This document shows, one piece after another, positions 62,036-64,000 of a stretch of DNA of 64,000 bases. Positions within the stretch are counted from its first letter, which is position 1. Every line of letters begins with the position of its first letter. The notes under the pieces are model-generated. The model had not been told where the DNA came from and made no database searches. It saw only the letters and a list, made by a program, of their open reading frames with translations. The stretch lies in assembly GCA_964658305.1 (NCBI GenBank), contig OZ210885.1, forward strand, positions 4,154,001 through 4,218,000, in the 5' to 3' direction. The DNA is from Leptogorgia sarmentosa. Taxonomy: Eukaryota. The position numbers were made by a program, and so were the translations under genes.

Positions 62036-63744
62036 AATGAGTAATAATATAAGTAGTATAAGTGAAATTGCTCGAGTTATTTAAACGATATTTAACTACA
62101 GGAAAACCACCGTCGTGCGATCAGTAGCGTATAATAACGAAGTAAATGTACTACTTCATTACGTAAGGGCTAGGAGTAAATTTTTTTGCCGGCATACCTG
62201 TGCTTGGAACGAAGTAAGATTAAAAAGTAGCGCTTTACTAACTTTTATGGTATTATTGGTTAAACTTTCATTGGCTTTTAGAAAGAATTTCAAGTTTTGA
62301 ATTCGACATCCGTCTAATGGAAACCAATTTGCATGCAATGATACTAGCGAAACTCGATGATTTATGGTTCGTTGTTTCACTTTTGAATTTTCATATAACT
62401 AGGAAAAACAACCATCCTCCCTCTACATATCATGCCGGCTCCGTACAGTACTTTTACTTCATGTATTTTGATCTATTTTGCTGTAGTAATTTCTACTTTT
62501 ACTCAAGTCGTTTTATTTCGAATTCAGGAGCGTAAATACCGAATATGGCTTGGGCGGTTCATGAAAATCAAACCGATCAATTACTGATATGCGAATTTAG
62601 GCCTACTACAGCTAAAACCAGTTAATGCTACGAAAGTACGAATAACTTGTTTTTACCGAAAATATACAATGTATTTTATAGTTGTGATATAGTGGGTTGT
62701 AGCAACGGTTAAAGCAGTGTAGCCAGCGAAAAACGGTTGGTCCTGTTTCGAGAATTTACTAGAAAAGTTTGGTCGGTTAAACAATCCCAAAGAGATAGTT
62801 TGAATTTTGAATTTTCAATCGTTGCAATTTAGAGAGTACTCAAAGTTGTCTCACTGTTGTCAGGTTCTATTTCTGCGACAATTGTAACGCTGTTATGAAA
62901 CGAGGCTTTATAGTAAGAATGCATATTTTCCCGCCAAAATTATATAACCTATCGGCCAAGACGATATGATATTTGCAAATATTCCTTGTCACAGAAGTGA
63001 TAAAAAATATCTTTTTAATATATATTGGCCTCTGTTATGTTGTACATTTTTTCTAGTAGCTATAATTTCCTTTCATTTCCTGTCATAAAGATACTTTAAT
63101 GGTATATTTGCCATCGTTTCAAAACTTGTTTAATGTGACGTCCGCGTCGTGAATTCGCGTTGTAGGTTTCGAGTGCCCTATTATGGCCATGCGACGTTTT
63201 TATTTCCAATATTGCTGTTTGTAAGGCGGAAGTCATTGAACATCAATTTCCGCCTGAAATGGGGTTGACTTCGCTTGTGCCAATAAAATATTATTAATAC
63301 ACGGAATGGAGGACTATAACTGGGCTCGGTTAACTGGATAGAGGCATTCGATTGGTTCATATTCCTTTAATCACATAGACAATCTAAGCAGGGCCGGAGT
63401 TATAGTCACTGCTTTGTTTTCAACAACATATTGATCGTTATTTCAAAAGAATGTGGTCTAAAGTAATGGCGTAGAAGTATATTTAAATTTATTATAGCAT
63501 TACTATATATATATATATAGTAGCAGTCGTAAGTGTGACTTTCACAGTTTTGTAATAGAAAGAAGGTGGCATGAAATGATTCGAAATGCTATGCGCGGAA
63601 TGTACATGCAAGGGAAACATACCTTCAGTTCAGTTTGATGAAACGATTTCTATTCATTTGATTCCATACGTAAAACACACAGAAAACAAACAATTCTGTT
63701 GTCTTGACACAATCTCTAAATTGAAATAATGTTTTCCATTTCAG

Positions 63745-64000
63745 ATGAATGACACAAACTCAGTAGAGACATTCAAAAGAAACCTGAACCTAAATTGCAT
63801 TGATAGCCAGATCACATCACAATTTCTCATTCGGAATAGTCTGGCGTTTGGTATATTCAACATATTTTTAACATTTGCAACGATACTACTCAATTTGACC
63901 ATGGTTGTCGCGTACATGAAATCGAAAATTTTAAAAACAAAGAATGCATATTTTATGGTCTTCATGTTGTCAGTTAACGATCTCATTGTTGGGTTGACAT
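63745..64000 (+). CDS. Tandem paralog class A GPCR, 5' part (runs off the window)
   Basis: Open frame MNDTNSVETFKRNLNLNCIDSQITSQFLIRNSLAFGIFNIFLTFATILLNLTMVVAYMKSKILKTKNAYFMVFMLSVNDLIVGLT, nearly identical to GPCR-1 in TM1-TM2; missed by the ORF track because it has no stop in the window. Confidence 0.88.
   Translation, partial: MNDTNSVETFKRNLNLNCIDSQITSQFLIRNSLAFGIFNIFLTFATILLNLTMVVAYMKSKILKTKNAYFMVFMLSVNDLIVGLT

Overview
AT-rich animal genomic DNA with GT-AG spliced genes and many small transposon relics. Repeat and GPCR style suggest a cnidarian, possibly an octocoral (inference). From left to right: (1) a single-coding-exon FAD-dependent amine oxidase of the sarcosine/pipecolate oxidase family (6679-8079,+), preceded by a ~290-bp Penelope-type insertion with two outward-facing minimal hammerhead ribozyme motifs; (2) a ~26-kb inverted duplication of a 9-exon ABCC4/MRP4-like transporter: an intact copy on - (20160-10531, 1271 aa), a + copy (25386-36083) frameshifted by a 31-bp deletion in exon 2, and a third decayed last-exon fragment in the spacer; (3) a HIPK kinase gene with 12 coding exons (38006-48781,+, 1051 aa); (4) tandem class A GPCR genes (58775-59761 and 63745 to the window end) whose putative promoter/leader-exon cassette occurs in extra orphan copies. 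Also present are many MITEs with identifiable TIRs/TSDs, including 27-61 bp micro-elements, and an unexplained 300-bp, ~48% GC segment interrupting a tandem repeat at 3991-4290. Exon models were built by hand from splice signals and frame continuity; no database searches were run.
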